From an uncultured Nitrospiraceae bacterium (GTDB lineage: Bacteria > Nitrospirota > Thermodesulfovibrionia > Thermodesulfovibrionales > UBA6898), in assembly GCA_963811165.1 (NCBI GenBank), contig CAWEQH010000001.1, positions 192,001 through 256,000 on the forward strand: a stretch of DNA of 64,000 nucleotides. Direction: 5' to 3'. The notes beneath the pieces are model-generated. The model worked only from the letters and a program-made list of their open reading frames with translations, had not been told where the DNA came from and did not search any database. Positions 44,628-55,514 of this stretch are shown piece after piece (the first letter of the stretch is position 1; each line of letters starts with the position of its first letter). A program made the translations under genes and the position numbers.

Positions 44628-45851
44628 CTACTTAACGATCAGATACTCGATAAGGGCCGCAAGGAAGATAAAAGAACTTGCCGGTATGATTTTCCTGTAG
44701 ACGCCCCATAGGTCTGCACCGAAATACTGCCTTGTCAGAACTAAGCAGAGATGGACAGGGGACAAAAGCACGCCGACGAACCCCGAAGCAAAGGCCAGGG
44801 AGATATTTGCGAGGGAAGCCTGACCTCCCATGCTTATGAGGAGGGGAAAAGTGCTTCCTACAAAGCCCACGGTATGACCCGTCAGTAGACCGGCGATAAA
44901 AGGCAGAAGACAGAGAATCGGAAGGACGGGTATCCCCTGTTTAAGGAAAAAGGCGCTCAGATTTCCCACAGAGCCCGACGCCTCCAAAGTCTCCTTAAAG
45001 AGCATGATGCCTATGATAAGGACGATTACTTCAAGGGCGAAGCCGTATCTTGTCACCCGAAGGATCTCCCGGGGGCGGTATCGATACAGAAAAAAGAGGG
45101 AGAGTATTATCGCCAAAAGCGCATAGTGAAGTTCCACCCGTGCGAGCATGACAAGCAGCAGGACCGCTATGACAGGAAGGAAGCTCAACCAGTCAACCCG
45201 CCTTGTATGCATCTTCATTGCCGCCGCCGCATCAAGGTCCTGAACCCCGGCCTTCGTGCCTTGCGAGACATTTCTCATGCTGTAGATAAAACCCATCACG
45301 AGGAGAACCACGGCACATAACAAATTTGCCGAGATCAGGGAGTATAAGGGAATGCTTGAGACCGCTGATGCCAGAAGGATCCCGGGGTAGAGCGGGAGGA
45401 TATATTCCCAGGGGTGGCGGAACCAGTAGTTGATAAACGCCTTTTCCTCCTGGCTCATCTTTAATCCGGTTGTCGCCTCTTTCACCATCGGGGCGGAAAA
45501 GTATGCCCCTCCAAGGGAGGGCAGCATGCCGATCAGAAGCGGCATTGATATGATTACCACCTTCCTGTTATTGAAAAATCCCTTGACAGAAGACATCATG
45601 CCGGACATTACATTTCTTTCCCTGAGTATCAGTTCAAATGTCCTGATGAGAGACAGGGCGAGCAGCAGCTTTAATGTGACGCTGTTTAGTATTGCCTTCC
45701 TGAGAGCACCCGCGATACTTTCGGGGCCCATCTCATAGAGCACGGCAAGGGAGGCAGAGGCGATGAGCATTACATAGCCGATGTAGAGTTTTTTCCGAAG
45801 GAGGACGAGGATCAGTAAAAATGCGAGACCGATCTTGAATAAATCAGGCAT
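44628..45851 (-). CDS. DUF401-family membrane protein
   Basis: Multiple TM segments, IGMLPSLGGAYFSAPMV, NYWFRHPWE, LSPVHLCL. Confidence 0.8.
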   Translation of the reverse strand: MPDLFKIGLAFLLILVLLRKKLYIGYVMLIASASLAVLYEMGPESIAGALRKAILNSVTLKLLLALSLIRTFELILRERNVMSGMMSSVKGFFNNRKVVIISMPLLIGMLPSLGGAYFSAPMVKEATTGLKMSQEEKAFINYWFRHPWEYILPLYPGILLASAVSSIPLYSLISANLLCAVVLLVMGFIYSMRNVSQGTKAGVQDLDAAAAMKMHTRRVDWLSFLPVIAVLLLVMLARVELHYALLAIILSLFFLYRYRPREILRVTRYGFALEVIVLIIGIMLFKETLEASGSVGNLSAFFLKQGIPVLPILCLLPFIAGLLTGHTVGFVGSTFPLLISMGGQASLANISLAFASGFVGVLLSPVHLCLVLTRQYFGADLWGVYRKIIPASSFIFLAALIEYLIVK

Positions 45852-45856
45852 TGTCG

Positions 45857-46867
45857 CTACAGAGAATTCGAGACCTTCTTTATCTCTTCGAGTTTCCTGA
45901 GCGCCCTTCCCGAATCGATCGATTCTTTCGCCAATTCAAAAGCCGACAGAAGATCCGTAACCCTGCCCGATACCGCGATCGCAGCAGCCGAGTTTAAGAG
46001 GACCACGTCCCGCTTAGGCCCTTTTTCCCCGCCTAAGATGCGGACCGCGATGCGGGCATTATCGTCTTTGTCACCGCCGAGCAGGTCAGAGACACTGCCC
46101 CGGGCGAGGCCGAAGTCCTCGGGGGCCAGATACATATTTTCGACCCTTCCGTTAAAAAACCTTGATGCCTTAGATCCATCAGATATCGTGATCTCGTCAA
46201 GGCCGTCTTCCCCGTGGACGACCATCGCGTCTTCGGCCCCGAGATTGCCGAGCACCGTGGCAAGGGTCTCTGTCAGTTTGCTTGAGAACACCCCGAGTAT
46301 CTGTCTTTTTGCATTGGCGGGGTTTGTCAGAGGGCCCAGGATGTTGAAGATCGTTCTAATTCCCATCTCCCTTCTCGGCCCGACAGCATATTTCATAGCA
46401 GGATGGAAGAGCGGAGCGAAGAGAAAGCCGAAGCCTGTCTCGAAGAGGCACTTTTCAACCTTTTCGGGGGGCAGATCTATCCTTATGCCGAGGGCCTCGA
46501 GCACGTCGGCGCTGCCCGATTTACTTGAGACCGCCCGGTTGCCGTGTTTTGCAACAGGGACTCCTGCCGCGGCCACTACGAAGGCGGTCGTCGTCGATAT
46601 ATTAAACGTATGAGACATGTCCCCGCCGGTGCCGCACGTGTCTAAGACTCCTTCCGGGGCCCTGATATGTGCGGCCTTGTCCCTCATGATCTTTGCCGCT
46701 CCGGTTATCTCCGCGACTGTTTCACCCTTTATCCTGAGGGCGGTAAGAAATGCGCCTATTTGAGAGTCAGCCGCCTTGCCCTCCATGATTTCTCTCATGC
46801 ATTCAGCAGTCTCCGACTCCGACAGGTCAATCCCCCCCACGAGCATGTTGATCGCTTCCTTGATCAT
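45857..46867 (-). CDS. trpD: Anthranilate phosphoribosyltransferase
   Basis: DTCGTGGD..TFNIST, KHGNRAVSSKSGSADVLE, FNILGPLTNP, GLDEI. Confidence 0.96.
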   Translation of the reverse strand: MIKEAINMLVGGIDLSESETAECMREIMEGKAADSQIGAFLTALRIKGETVAEITGAAKIMRDKAAHIRAPEGVLDTCGTGGDMSHTFNISTTTAFVVAAAGVPVAKHGNRAVSSKSGSADVLEALGIRIDLPPEKVEKCLFETGFGFLFAPLFHPAMKYAVGPRREMGIRTIFNILGPLTNPANAKRQILGVFSSKLTETLATVLGNLGAEDAMVVHGEDGLDEITISDGSKASRFFNGRVENMYLAPEDFGLARGSVSDLLGGDKDDNARIAVRILGGEKGPKRDVVLLNSAAAIAVSGRVTDLLSAFELAKESIDSGRALRKLEEIKKVSNSL

Positions 46868-46918
46868 CTTAGGTCCCTCTCATTCATAGGAGTCAGGAAT
46901 TGTATCATATGACACATT

Positions 46919-48029
46919 TTATTGTTGAGACGCCCTTGTTTTGAGAAACTCGTTTATGAACCTGTCGATCCCGCCGTCGAGGACGGTGTCGACATCACCT
47001 ACTTCAAGCCCGGTCCTGTGGTCTTTTACGAGACGGTAAGGCTGTAGCACATATGACCTGATCTGGCTTCCCCAGGCGATGCCTTTCTTGTCCCCGACCA
47101 GATCTTCCATCTTCTTCTCTTTTGCCTTCTGTTCAAGCGAAAAGAGCCTGGCCTTCAGGATCTTCATCGCGACCGCCTTGTTTTTGTGCTGGGACCTTTC
47201 GTTTTGGCAGGCGACCACAATGCCCGAAGGTATGTGGGTAAGCCGCACGGCCGAGGAGGTCTTGTTGACATGCTGCCCTCCGGCTCCGGAAGCGCGGTAG
47301 GTGTCTATCTTGAGGTCCTCTTCCCTGATCTCGATAGCGATGTCGTCTTCTATCTCGGGATAGACGATCACCGCAGCAAAGGAGGTATGCCTCCTTTTGT
47401 TGGCGTCGTAGGGCGAGATCCTGACCAGCCTGTGGACCCCCGCCTCGCAGCTCAGATAGCCGTAAGCATAGTCTCCGGTGAAGGTTATCGTGGCGCCCTT
47501 TATCCCCGCCTCATCTCCAGGCTGAAGGTCGACGATCTTTGCCTCAACGCCGCGCCTCTCGGCCCATCGCAGATACATCCTCATGAGCATCTGGGCCCAG
47601 TCCTGGCTTTCCGTGCCGCCGGCGCCGGGGTGGATCGTGAGGATCGCGTTATGGTTGTCCAGTTCCCCGGAGAGGAGGTTCTGAAGTTCCAGCTTTTCGA
47701 TCTCCTCCCTCAGGGATTCGAGATCTTTCTTGATCTCCTTAAAAAAGACCTCGCCGCCCTCCTCATCGAGGATCCCCAGCGACTCCTCGAGGTAGGCCAG
47801 CCTGCTTTCGATAGTCTCAAACGGGGCCACCGTACCTTCAAGCCTGGATTTCTCCTTCAGAAGCTCCCGCGCCTTTTCCTGTGACGACCAGATTTCTTCT
47901 TTGGTAAGCTCCCCGCTGATCTTTTCTATTTCTTCCTTTTTCTTACTGACATCAAAGATAACCTCGGAGTGCTTCGATCTTGGCCCTCAACGAAACCATC
48001 TCTTCTTTAAGTTCTGACTGCAAAAGCAT
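46919..48029 (-). CDS. prfB: Peptide chain release factor 2 with programmed +1 frameshift at 47952-47957
   Basis: 25-codon leader ends GAGGT TAT CTT TGA; the +1 frame continues DVSKKKEE into the GGQ- and SPY(SPF)-containing ORF. Confidence 0.95.
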
Positions 48030-48031
48030 AG

Positions 48032-49564
48032 CTACCTCCAAATTTTTATATTGAGGCAAAGTACAATCGATATCACGATGCAGAGATATGAAAACAGATC
48101 TCCGTATTTTGTATACAGCGTCATGGTCCTGTCGGTCTTCACCTGACCCGGCAGAACAAGCCTCTGAAACAGCGGTGTTTCGGCGAGGACCCTGCCGTTG
48201 CTGTCTATGAACCCGGATATTCCCGTATTCGCCGCACGTATCACCGGCTTTCTGTTTTCTATGGCCCTGAAGACCGCCATGCTGAAATGCTGATAGGGCC
48301 CTGCAGTCTTTCCGAACCACGCATCGTTCGTAATCGTTACGATGAAATCACCGCCGTCTGTAAAAAACTTCCTTACGAGCCCGGGGAAAATTATCTCATA
48401 GCATATCATCGTCCCGAAACTCCCGAAGTCTGTCTCTGCCCTCGTATATTCCTCTCCCGGAACATAATCACCGATTCCCGCGACGAGTTTATCTACAAAA
48501 AAAAGAACACTTCTGAGGGGAACGTATTCTCCAAACGGGACCAAATGTATTTTATCATATTCATAGATGTTTTTCCCCTCTTTGTCGAGAAGGACTGCGC
48601 TGTTTGTAAGCAAGGTCTTTCCGCGGGATTGCTCTTGCACCCGAACGCTTCCGAAGAGAAGATCGGCCCCGAGCCCCTGTTCAAACGCAACCAGTTTTTC
48701 GGTATTTGACTTGTCGTAATCGAACATAAAGGGGACGGCCGTCTCGGGCCATATGATCAGCTGGGGAGAAGTTTCGGCCGCCTTTTTAGAGAGGGTGAAA
48801 TAGGTTTCGAGTACTTCATTTTGATAAGCCGGTTCCCATTTCTTGTCCTGCTCGATGTTGCCCTGAATGACGCTTACGTTGACAAGGCGGCCGCTTCTTT
48901 GCTGGCCGAGCCTCCAATGTCCGTATCCGAGGGACACTGAAATAAGTATAAAAACGAGGGAAAGTCCGACAACGGTAAATGAGACCGGAAACAGGGGCAT
49001 CTGTTGTGTCCGCTTCTTAAGCAGGAAGACGTCTGCAATGGCGCCGTTTACCATCAGGACCAGGAAAGAAATGCCGTAAATTCCGGTTATATCCGAAACC
49101 TGAATAATGTGAAGAAACTTGTACTGACTGTATCCGATGCTCGACCAGGGGAACCCCGTCAACGCATAGGAACGGGCAAACTCAAGGACCACCCAGAACA
49201 CCGGCGCAATAAGAAGCGCGGGCAGTTTTGTCTTTTTTATCATCTGGGCGAAGAGAAAGCAGAATATCGCCGGGTAGATGCTCAGATAGAGACAGAGCAG
49301 TACGACGATACATAGGCTTGCGAGAAAAGGGACGCCGCCAAAATGATTTATCGAGTGGTATATCCAGTAGAGTGTCCCGAAGAAGTAGGTAAGCCCGAAC
49401 ATATAACCGCCTGTAAATGCCTGTCTCGTGTCCTTTGTCCAAAGAGATATAATCAGGGGCACGAAGGCCACCCAGGCAAGGGGGTAATAATCAAACGACG
49501 GGAAAGACAGCACCAGCAGTGCCCCCGAGACCACCGGGAGGAAATATTCGGCCATTTTTTTCAT
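48032..49564 (-). CDS. lnt: Apolipoprotein N-acyltransferase
   Basis: GFPW, QGNI, WPET, KIHLVPFGEYVP, ICYE, TNDAWFG; start uncertain. Confidence 0.95.
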   Translation of the reverse strand: MKKMAEYFLPVVSGALLVLSFPSFDYYPLAWVAFVPLIISLWTKDTRQAFTGGYMFGLTYFFGTLYWIYHSINHFGGVPFLASLCIVVLLCLYLSIYPAIFCFLFAQMIKKTKLPALLIAPVFWVVLEFARSYALTGFPWSSIGYSQYKFLHIIQVSDITGIYGISFLVLMVNGAIADVFLLKKRTQQMPLFPVSFTVVGLSLVFILISVSLGYGHWRLGQQRSGRLVNVSVIQGNIEQDKKWEPAYQNEVLETYFTLSKKAAETSPQLIIWPETAVPFMFDYDKSNTEKLVAFEQGLGADLLFGSVRVQEQSRGKTLLTNSAVLLDKEGKNIYEYDKIHLVPFGEYVPLRSVLFFVDKLVAGIGDYVPGEEYTRAETDFGSFGTMICYEIIFPGLVRKFFTDGGDFIVTITNDAWFGKTAGPYQHFSMAVFRAIENRKPVIRAANTGISGFIDSNGRVLAETPLFQRLVLPGQVKTDRTMTLYTKYGDLFSYLCIVISIVLCLNIKIWR

Positions 49565-49622
49565 GAGCATGTCTTTCATAAGTTGACAATCAAAAAAGCT
49601 ACTGGGTATCATGTATGTCCGT

Positions 49623-49698
49623 GGGCAGTTAGCTCAGTCGGTAGAGCAGAGGCCTGAAAAGCCTCGTGTCCGCAGTTCGATTCTGCGACTGCCCACCA
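49623..49698 (+). tRNA. tRNA-Phe (GAA)
   Basis: GGGCAGT/ACTGCCC acceptor stem, anticodon arm GAGGC-CTGAAAA-GCCTC, TTCGA T-loop, encoded CCA; 76 nt. Confidence 0.97.
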
Positions 49699-49735
49699 TT
49701 TCCACCTTGATTTTATTGGTCTTGTCCGGTTGGAG

Positions 49736-50761
49736 TCAAGGGATAATAGCGACCCTTCCCGGATTCCCCTTTTCTCCTGCGATCGAATATTTGATGCCGA
49801 GGAACTTTTCAATCACCCATAGGTTTGTCAGGAGATGATCTGTGATGCTCGCGGTGGTGAACACGGATCTACCGTTTGCAAGGGCAAGATAAAGCACGAT
49901 CTGGTCGGTAAGGTGAAGGTCGAGGCAGGCATGAGAAGAAAAATAGTCCAGTAATTCCCGTGCGGCCTCTTCGCCGACTGTCTCGGCTTTTTTCCCCCTT
50001 TCGCCGAGGGAGGAAAAGCCGGCTATGCAGTCTTTTGTTTTCGACTCAAGAAATACGAAGGTGCCGGGACTGTAAGAGGTGACCTCAAGGGTCTCGATCT
50101 CGGCTTTGAGTCCGCTTTTGTCAATGATTTGCAAAGCCGCCTTTCTCTGCCTGTCGGCGATGCTCATCGGCAGGCTGCTTACGGCCGAGATGCCGCTGAC
50201 CTCTTTGATCTCTCCCCTGTCGATGAAGGAGAGAGCGTTTAATTTGCCGCAAGGGGTGACTTCCGCAGTAATCTTGCCGCCCCCTTTCGGATAAAAGCCG
50301 TAATTCACGATTGAAGTCTGCACCCTGATGCCGAGTCGGGAGAGCATCGGGGCGAAGATATCGGAGATGAACTGATAAGGCGGACTAAAAGGCACATGGG
50401 TTCCACCTGTCAGGGTAATCCGTGATCCTTCCTTTGCGAAAATAAGAGGAGGGAGAATTGCCTGCAGGAGCAGAGAAGTTGACCCTGCGGTCCCTATGTC
50501 GAAGAAGTAATCGCCCGGTTTCCGTTCGCCGGGCTCGAAGAGCAGTTCGGTAGAGCCTATCGCATCTCCGCGCGCCGATGCCCCTGAGATGAGGGCGAGT
50601 GCATGCACGCAGGTGAGATGCTGGGGCATGAGTCCGGGCTTCTTGCGGCCCTTCCTTATATTGAACATCCTGAAACTTTTTTTCAGAACGCAGGACAGAC
50701 TCAGGGCCGTCCTGAGGATCTGCCCCCCGGCCTCGCCGAAATTCCCGTCAATCTCGAGCAT
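49736..50761 (-). CDS. rtcA: RNA 3'-terminal phosphate cyclase
   Basis: GGQILRTALSLS, RKKPGLMPQH, GTAGS, GGTHV, GFYPKGGG, HLTDQ, HLLTN. Confidence 0.93.
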   Translation of the reverse strand: MLEIDGNFGEAGGQILRTALSLSCVLKKSFRMFNIRKGRKKPGLMPQHLTCVHALALISGASARGDAIGSTELLFEPGERKPGDYFFDIGTAGSTSLLLQAILPPLIFAKEGSRITLTGGTHVPFSPPYQFISDIFAPMLSRLGIRVQTSIVNYGFYPKGGGKITAEVTPCGKLNALSFIDRGEIKEVSGISAVSSLPMSIADRQRKAALQIIDKSGLKAEIETLEVTSYSPGTFVFLESKTKDCIAGFSSLGERGKKAETVGEEAARELLDYFSSHACLDLHLTDQIVLYLALANGRSVFTTASITDHLLTNLWVIEKFLGIKYSIAGEKGNPGRVAIIP

Positions 50762-50945
50762 ACTTCAATTATAGCCGTTATCGCCTATGCGGAGTAGCAG
50801 GGCATCTTTCAAAATTGACGGGCAGCGCATCCTTTGATCTATGCTTGATTGAAAAATGATATAATTCACATGATAACGTACGTACCAAGAACAGGGGATT
50901 AAGGGAAATCGGTAACTTCCCGGGTATCGCGGGAAAGGAGACAGT

Positions 50946-51161
50946 ATGATATTCCATATAACCTTAGAACATGCCGAAGACGGCTGGATTGTTGCCGAGT
51001 GTCCTGCTCTCCCGGGTTGTGTGTCTCAGGGCAAGGACGAAGAGGAAGCGATAGAAAATATCAAAGAGGCTATTACCGCCTGGTTGTGGGCCGAGGACCA
51101 GAAAAGCCTTACGGCGCTTTCAAAAGAAAGACAGCAGGAATCAATCGTTGTAGCCGTCTGA
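50946..51161 (+). CDS. hicB: HicB-family antitoxin (short form)
   Basis: EDGWIVAECPALPGCVSQG...EEAIENIKEAI. Confidence 0.88.
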   Translation: MIFHITLEHAEDGWIVAECPALPGCVSQGKDEEEAIENIKEAITAWLWAEDQKSLTALSKERQQESIVVAV

Positions 51162-51162
51162 T

Positions 51163-51384
51163 ATGGGCAGGCTTGCAAATATCCCGGGAAAAGAAGCAGT
51201 AAAGGCATTTCAAAAGATCGGCTGGTACGTCGTCGGTCAGGTCGGCAGCCATGTTGTGATGAGCAAACAAGGCATGCGCGTGAATCTCTCAATTCCGCAA
51301 CACAAAGAACTTTCCGCAGGGACTCTCCGCGCCTTAATCCGCAACGCCGGTATCACGGTAGAAGAGTTTATTGCACAGCTGTAA
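51163..51384 (+). CDS. hicA: HicA-family toxin (mRNA interferase)
   Basis: GW...Q.GSHVVM, SIPQHKEL..GTLRALIR.AG. Confidence 0.9.
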   Translation: MGRLANIPGKEAVKAFQKIGWYVVGQVGSHVVMSKQGMRVNLSIPQHKELSAGTLRALIRNAGITVEEFIAQL

Positions 51385-51685
51385 GGCCTGGAATTACACA
51401 GTTCATTCTTGACACTGGTCGCGGCGGCAAGGTATAAAATAGCGTCCGATTGACAGGGAAAAGGGTGAATCAAGGGACGGAGTCCATGTGGGGATATAAA
51501 GAAGTTAACCTAAAGATGACTAATATCAGAATCCGCATGTTAGTCATGAAAGAATAATGATATTCGTGAGATATGTGAATAATCCTTCTGGGGTAACAGG
51601 CTGAAAATATTAACCGGATCACAACTTTTTTGGTACTGGTGTAACGAGCTAGTAACTGGTTAGGGCTCCGAAGGAGGTCAGTTGT

Positions 51686-52234
51686 ATGCTCAACAATAAA
51701 TGGAAGCACGGGAAGGTACACTTTGAATTACCTCAGATGCCCCTTCCTTTGACTGCTTCTCCAGGGATAAAGCCCATATCCGTTATTCTGGACATGGATA
51801 TTGGACCAGAAATCGTTCTACTGATAACAGAACCAAGGGATAAGATAGATGAGTTCGAGGGGCGGAATATAACCAGCTTCATGATGAAGTCTGGTCTTGT
51901 GAACACGTCTTTTGGTCCAGTATATTGGCTTGTATTCTACTTTCCCGATCCTGTAACGGGTAGAAAAGTAACTTACGAAAACACCGTCAATCCCAAAGAC
52001 GAACAGCAAGTATCAATTTATGAGCAGCTTTCGTCTCAAGAATATTGGCATGTAGTTATGGCAGACGACACAGGAGAGGTCGTGAATTTTTTTGAATTCC
52101 CCAATAGTTATGGCTTATCGGATGCTCTTCAACAGGTTCAGAATGTTTGCTCAGAAATGCAGGTAACTGACTTCATGGCAGCAAAGGGTGAGTATGAAAG
52201 CAGATATTCCATTGATGAATTGTTGGAGATATAA
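51686..52234 (+). CDS. Hypothetical protein (182 aa, acidic)
   Basis: AAGGAGG RBS, intact ORF; no family recognised. Confidence 0.7.
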   Translation: MLNNKWKHGKVHFELPQMPLPLTASPGIKPISVILDMDIGPEIVLLITEPRDKIDEFEGRNITSFMMKSGLVNTSFGPVYWLVFYFPDPVTGRKVTYENTVNPKDEQQVSIYEQLSSQEYWHVVMADDTGEVVNFFEFPNSYGLSDALQQVQNVCSEMQVTDFMAAKGEYESRYSIDELLEI

Positions 52235-52311
52235 AAGAGCTGACAACGCCCAAGCGCACCCTAATTATTGTACGTGAAAATGGAAAATACGACAAAAAGC
52301 TTGAATAAATA

Positions 52312-55300
52312 ATGACTTCCAATATTATCAAAGAGATTATCACAGCCCTTGACGAAGAAATCTCCGCAATTAAAAGAGGCAAAGGGGGCAGCATCGTCAA
52401 AGTATTTAACGGACGATTCCTTCGAGAGGTTTCCGGCCTCTTTGTGTATATCTTCAATCTTGAGAATTTCTTGGCGGTCCTGGACGACTCTCCTGCTGAA
52501 ATAGAAATTCGCGGCAACAGATACCCAGCACAAGTTCTCTTAACTCAGGGGTTGGAAGTGGAAATAGGTATTGAGCGGTTTTGCGGTCAACATATTTCAG
52601 AGGCCAAGTTACAGACTAATCTTTGGTACTTGCTTGAACTACTTAAAAAGAAGTTTGCCGGAATACAAAATGGAACTAATAACGCCATTAGCCTCAGTGA
52701 AGCCCTTTTCAATAACCAGGCAGTCATAAAAACAGGATTAGATAACATAGTGTCATGCGGTAACTGCGGCACCAAAAATAGGATAGGAAATCGCGGCCCC
52801 GCCCAAATTCCAATTTGTGGTAAATGTAAGCAGGAAATAAGGCCGTATTATTCATTTTCCGCAACGCCCCCTAATGACCCGCAAAAGCAGGCAATCGAGG
52901 CTTCTTTCTTTTCTCAGTTGGCAGTTATTTGGGGTCCCCCAGGAACCGGCAAAACTAAAACGATAGCGCAAGCCATAGAAGCCCATCTTAATGCTGGACG
53001 GCGTGTTCTTCTCGTTTCTCATGCCAATGCTGCTGTTGATGAAGCATTGGAAGATGTTGCCGAGCAGTTAAAGACCACACCCTTTTATAACGAGGGAAAA
53101 TTGGTTAGGCTCGGTATCCCACAATCTGGCCATATGGAGAAATTGACAGAGAAATGTCCTTTAGTGCTTCTTGATAAGATTGCAGCCAAACTTGGTGAGT
53201 CATTATCTGAAGAAAAAAGTGATTTAGAGGCAGATAAAACTAGGCTTGAAGGCATTCTCGATCAATATGAAACTGTATTCCACGTGATTCAGACTGCAAG
53301 AACTTTATCTTCTGAGCTGAGCGCACTAAAATCAGAGTTATCCGAATTAACCAATAAACTCTCTGTTGCTAATAATGAACTAAAGCGATTAGAAGAAGCA
53401 CAAAGAAAAAACAGAGAGAAATTGACTGAGGCCAGATCATCGGGCATGATAAAGAGATTTTTTAGTGGTCTTGATCCCCAGAAGATTCAGCGGGAGATTG
53501 ATCAAACGAGTATAGCGATCGATTCCAAGAAAACGGCTTGCAAAAGAGATAACCGACCGTATTCCCTCGCTCAAGGATTTGCATACTACAAAAGAGAAAG
53601 AGATTGAGAGGGCGAAAACGGAAGCCGACAATCTTCTAAATCGCTTGAGGGTCTCTGTGGCGGAAATAGAAAACAAGAAGAAAGAAATGACAGTCGAGAA
53701 AAGATACGATACTAGCAAGGCTTGCAGAAATAAATCAGCAGCTGGATGAAATCCAAAAAAGAATTCTTTCTGAAGCAAGGCTTATTGCCACTACTCTGAC
53801 AAAAACTTTTGCGGCTAAACAATTTCCAGATACACCCTTCGACGTGCTCATTCTTGATGAGGCCAGCATGGCACCATTACCGCACCTTTACTGGGCGGCC
53901 AGCCGATGCCGTGGATATATCACCATTGTTGGAGATTTTCTCCAGCTTCCGCCTATCTGCATTTCAGAAGAAGATATGGCCCAAAAGTGGTTAGGACGAA
54001 GCATGTTTTCTGTTTTAGGCATTAACCGGGTAAAAAGGCTATCCAGGATGAGCGGGTTACACTTCTTGACACGCAATACAGGATGGCTCCGGAGATTTCG
54101 TTAATTCCCAATCAATTCTTCTATCAAAATATGCTTAAGGATCATCCGAGCACAAGCAATCGACGATTGGATGATGGTGTTTCAAAATCACCGCTTGTGT
54201 TGGTAGAGACAGCATGCAATGAATCCGTGGTGCAGTCGGCTTTCCACAGGCGGCCGTTTTAATCTATACAATGCTTTGCTCTGCTGTACGCTTGCAAAAA
54301 AATCATTCCTAACAATTAGTGATGGCAGAATCGGGATAATAACCCCATATGCGGCCCAAGCCCGACTGATAAACAAGATAGCAAAGGATTGGGAAATACT
54401 AGACCACATACGTACAAGTACTGTTCATCGCTTTCAAGGCGGGGAAGAATCGATAATCATCTTTGATACTGTTGAAGGGTCAGGCACCAAGGTTGCGCCC
54501 ATGCTTGACGACAAAAAGCCCGATTCTGATGCAAGGCTATTATTGAATGTTGCGGTAACACGGGCCAAATATCGGTTCTATTTGATTGGTCACACGAAGC
54601 ACTTACTTTCGGATTTACATGCTGATTCTGCTCTTGTCAAGGATAATTCACGCATTTTTATGGTAATGCGCAAAAGATAGCATCCGAAAGTCTTGTGGAC
54701 AGCTACTTCACAAATGATTTTGAAAAGTGGGCTGATGCGCTTTCTATCAACCGACGGACAACCCGACCACCTAATCTATGGTGACATGTATACGGAAAGA
54801 AACTTTTGGGCGCAAATTCTTTCAGGACATAAAAGTAATCCAACACGCGACTCATTATCCTCAGCCCTTTTCTTTCAGTAAGGCGCAGCGGCACTTTTAT
54901 GGATTACTTCAGAGCTATGAAAGGAAGGGGTATAGATATTCGGGTTTATACGCGGCCAAGAAATCAGCAGACTGGTGAGATGGCAAACCAGGCGGATATC
55001 GTAATCGACCAACTTCGCAGTATTGGCGTTAATGTCATTGAGCGACGAAGCATGCACCAAAAAATAGCGATTATTGATGATGCTCATAGCTTGGGAAGGC
55101 AGCCTGAACATACTCAGCCACAAAGACACAGAAGAACACATGAGAAGATTTGAAGGTCCTTCGACTGTTGAAGAGATTATCAGAAACTTAGAGTTGGATG
55201 AAGAGATGCCTAGCGGAAACCAAACCGAAGAAAAATGTCCAGAACCGGGATGTGACGGCTACCTTGTCGTTCGGAATAAATATGGGAGGAAATTTCTTGG

Positions 55301-55349
55301 TTGTTCAAATTATGCAAAAAAGAAATGTCGGTATACAAGGCGAATATGA
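52312..55349 (+). CDS. Superfamily-1 (Upf1/Dna2-like) helicase fused to a PLD-type nuclease domain and C-terminal zinc ribbon; many frameshifts
   Basis: GPPGTGKT, LILDEASM, VGDFLQLPP, QYRM, GIITPY.AQ, TVHRFQGGE, LLNVAVTRAK, HQKIAIIDD..WEGSLN and CPEPGC..GCSNY...C appear in order across successive frames. Confidence 0.8.
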
Positions 55350-55462
55350 TTAAATAGGGTGGTCAGTGCCTATTTGATTGACATGGATTAATGGAAAAAA
55401 GGGACAGCTACTGTTTAATGAGGACGGCGAAAGCGCACAGAGCTTCTCTACCGAATGACTGG

Positions 55463-55510
55463 TGCTAACCAAGCGTTCAAGCGGTGACCCCGCTTAACTG
55501 ATTGTTAGCA
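55463..55510 (+). other. Integron attC-like recombination site
   Basis: TGCTAAC-CAAGCG-TTCAAGCGG-TGACC-CCGCTTAA-CTGATT-GTTAGCA: complementary R boxes and L boxes with an extra-helical C. Confidence 0.75.
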
Positions 55511-55514
55511 GAAT

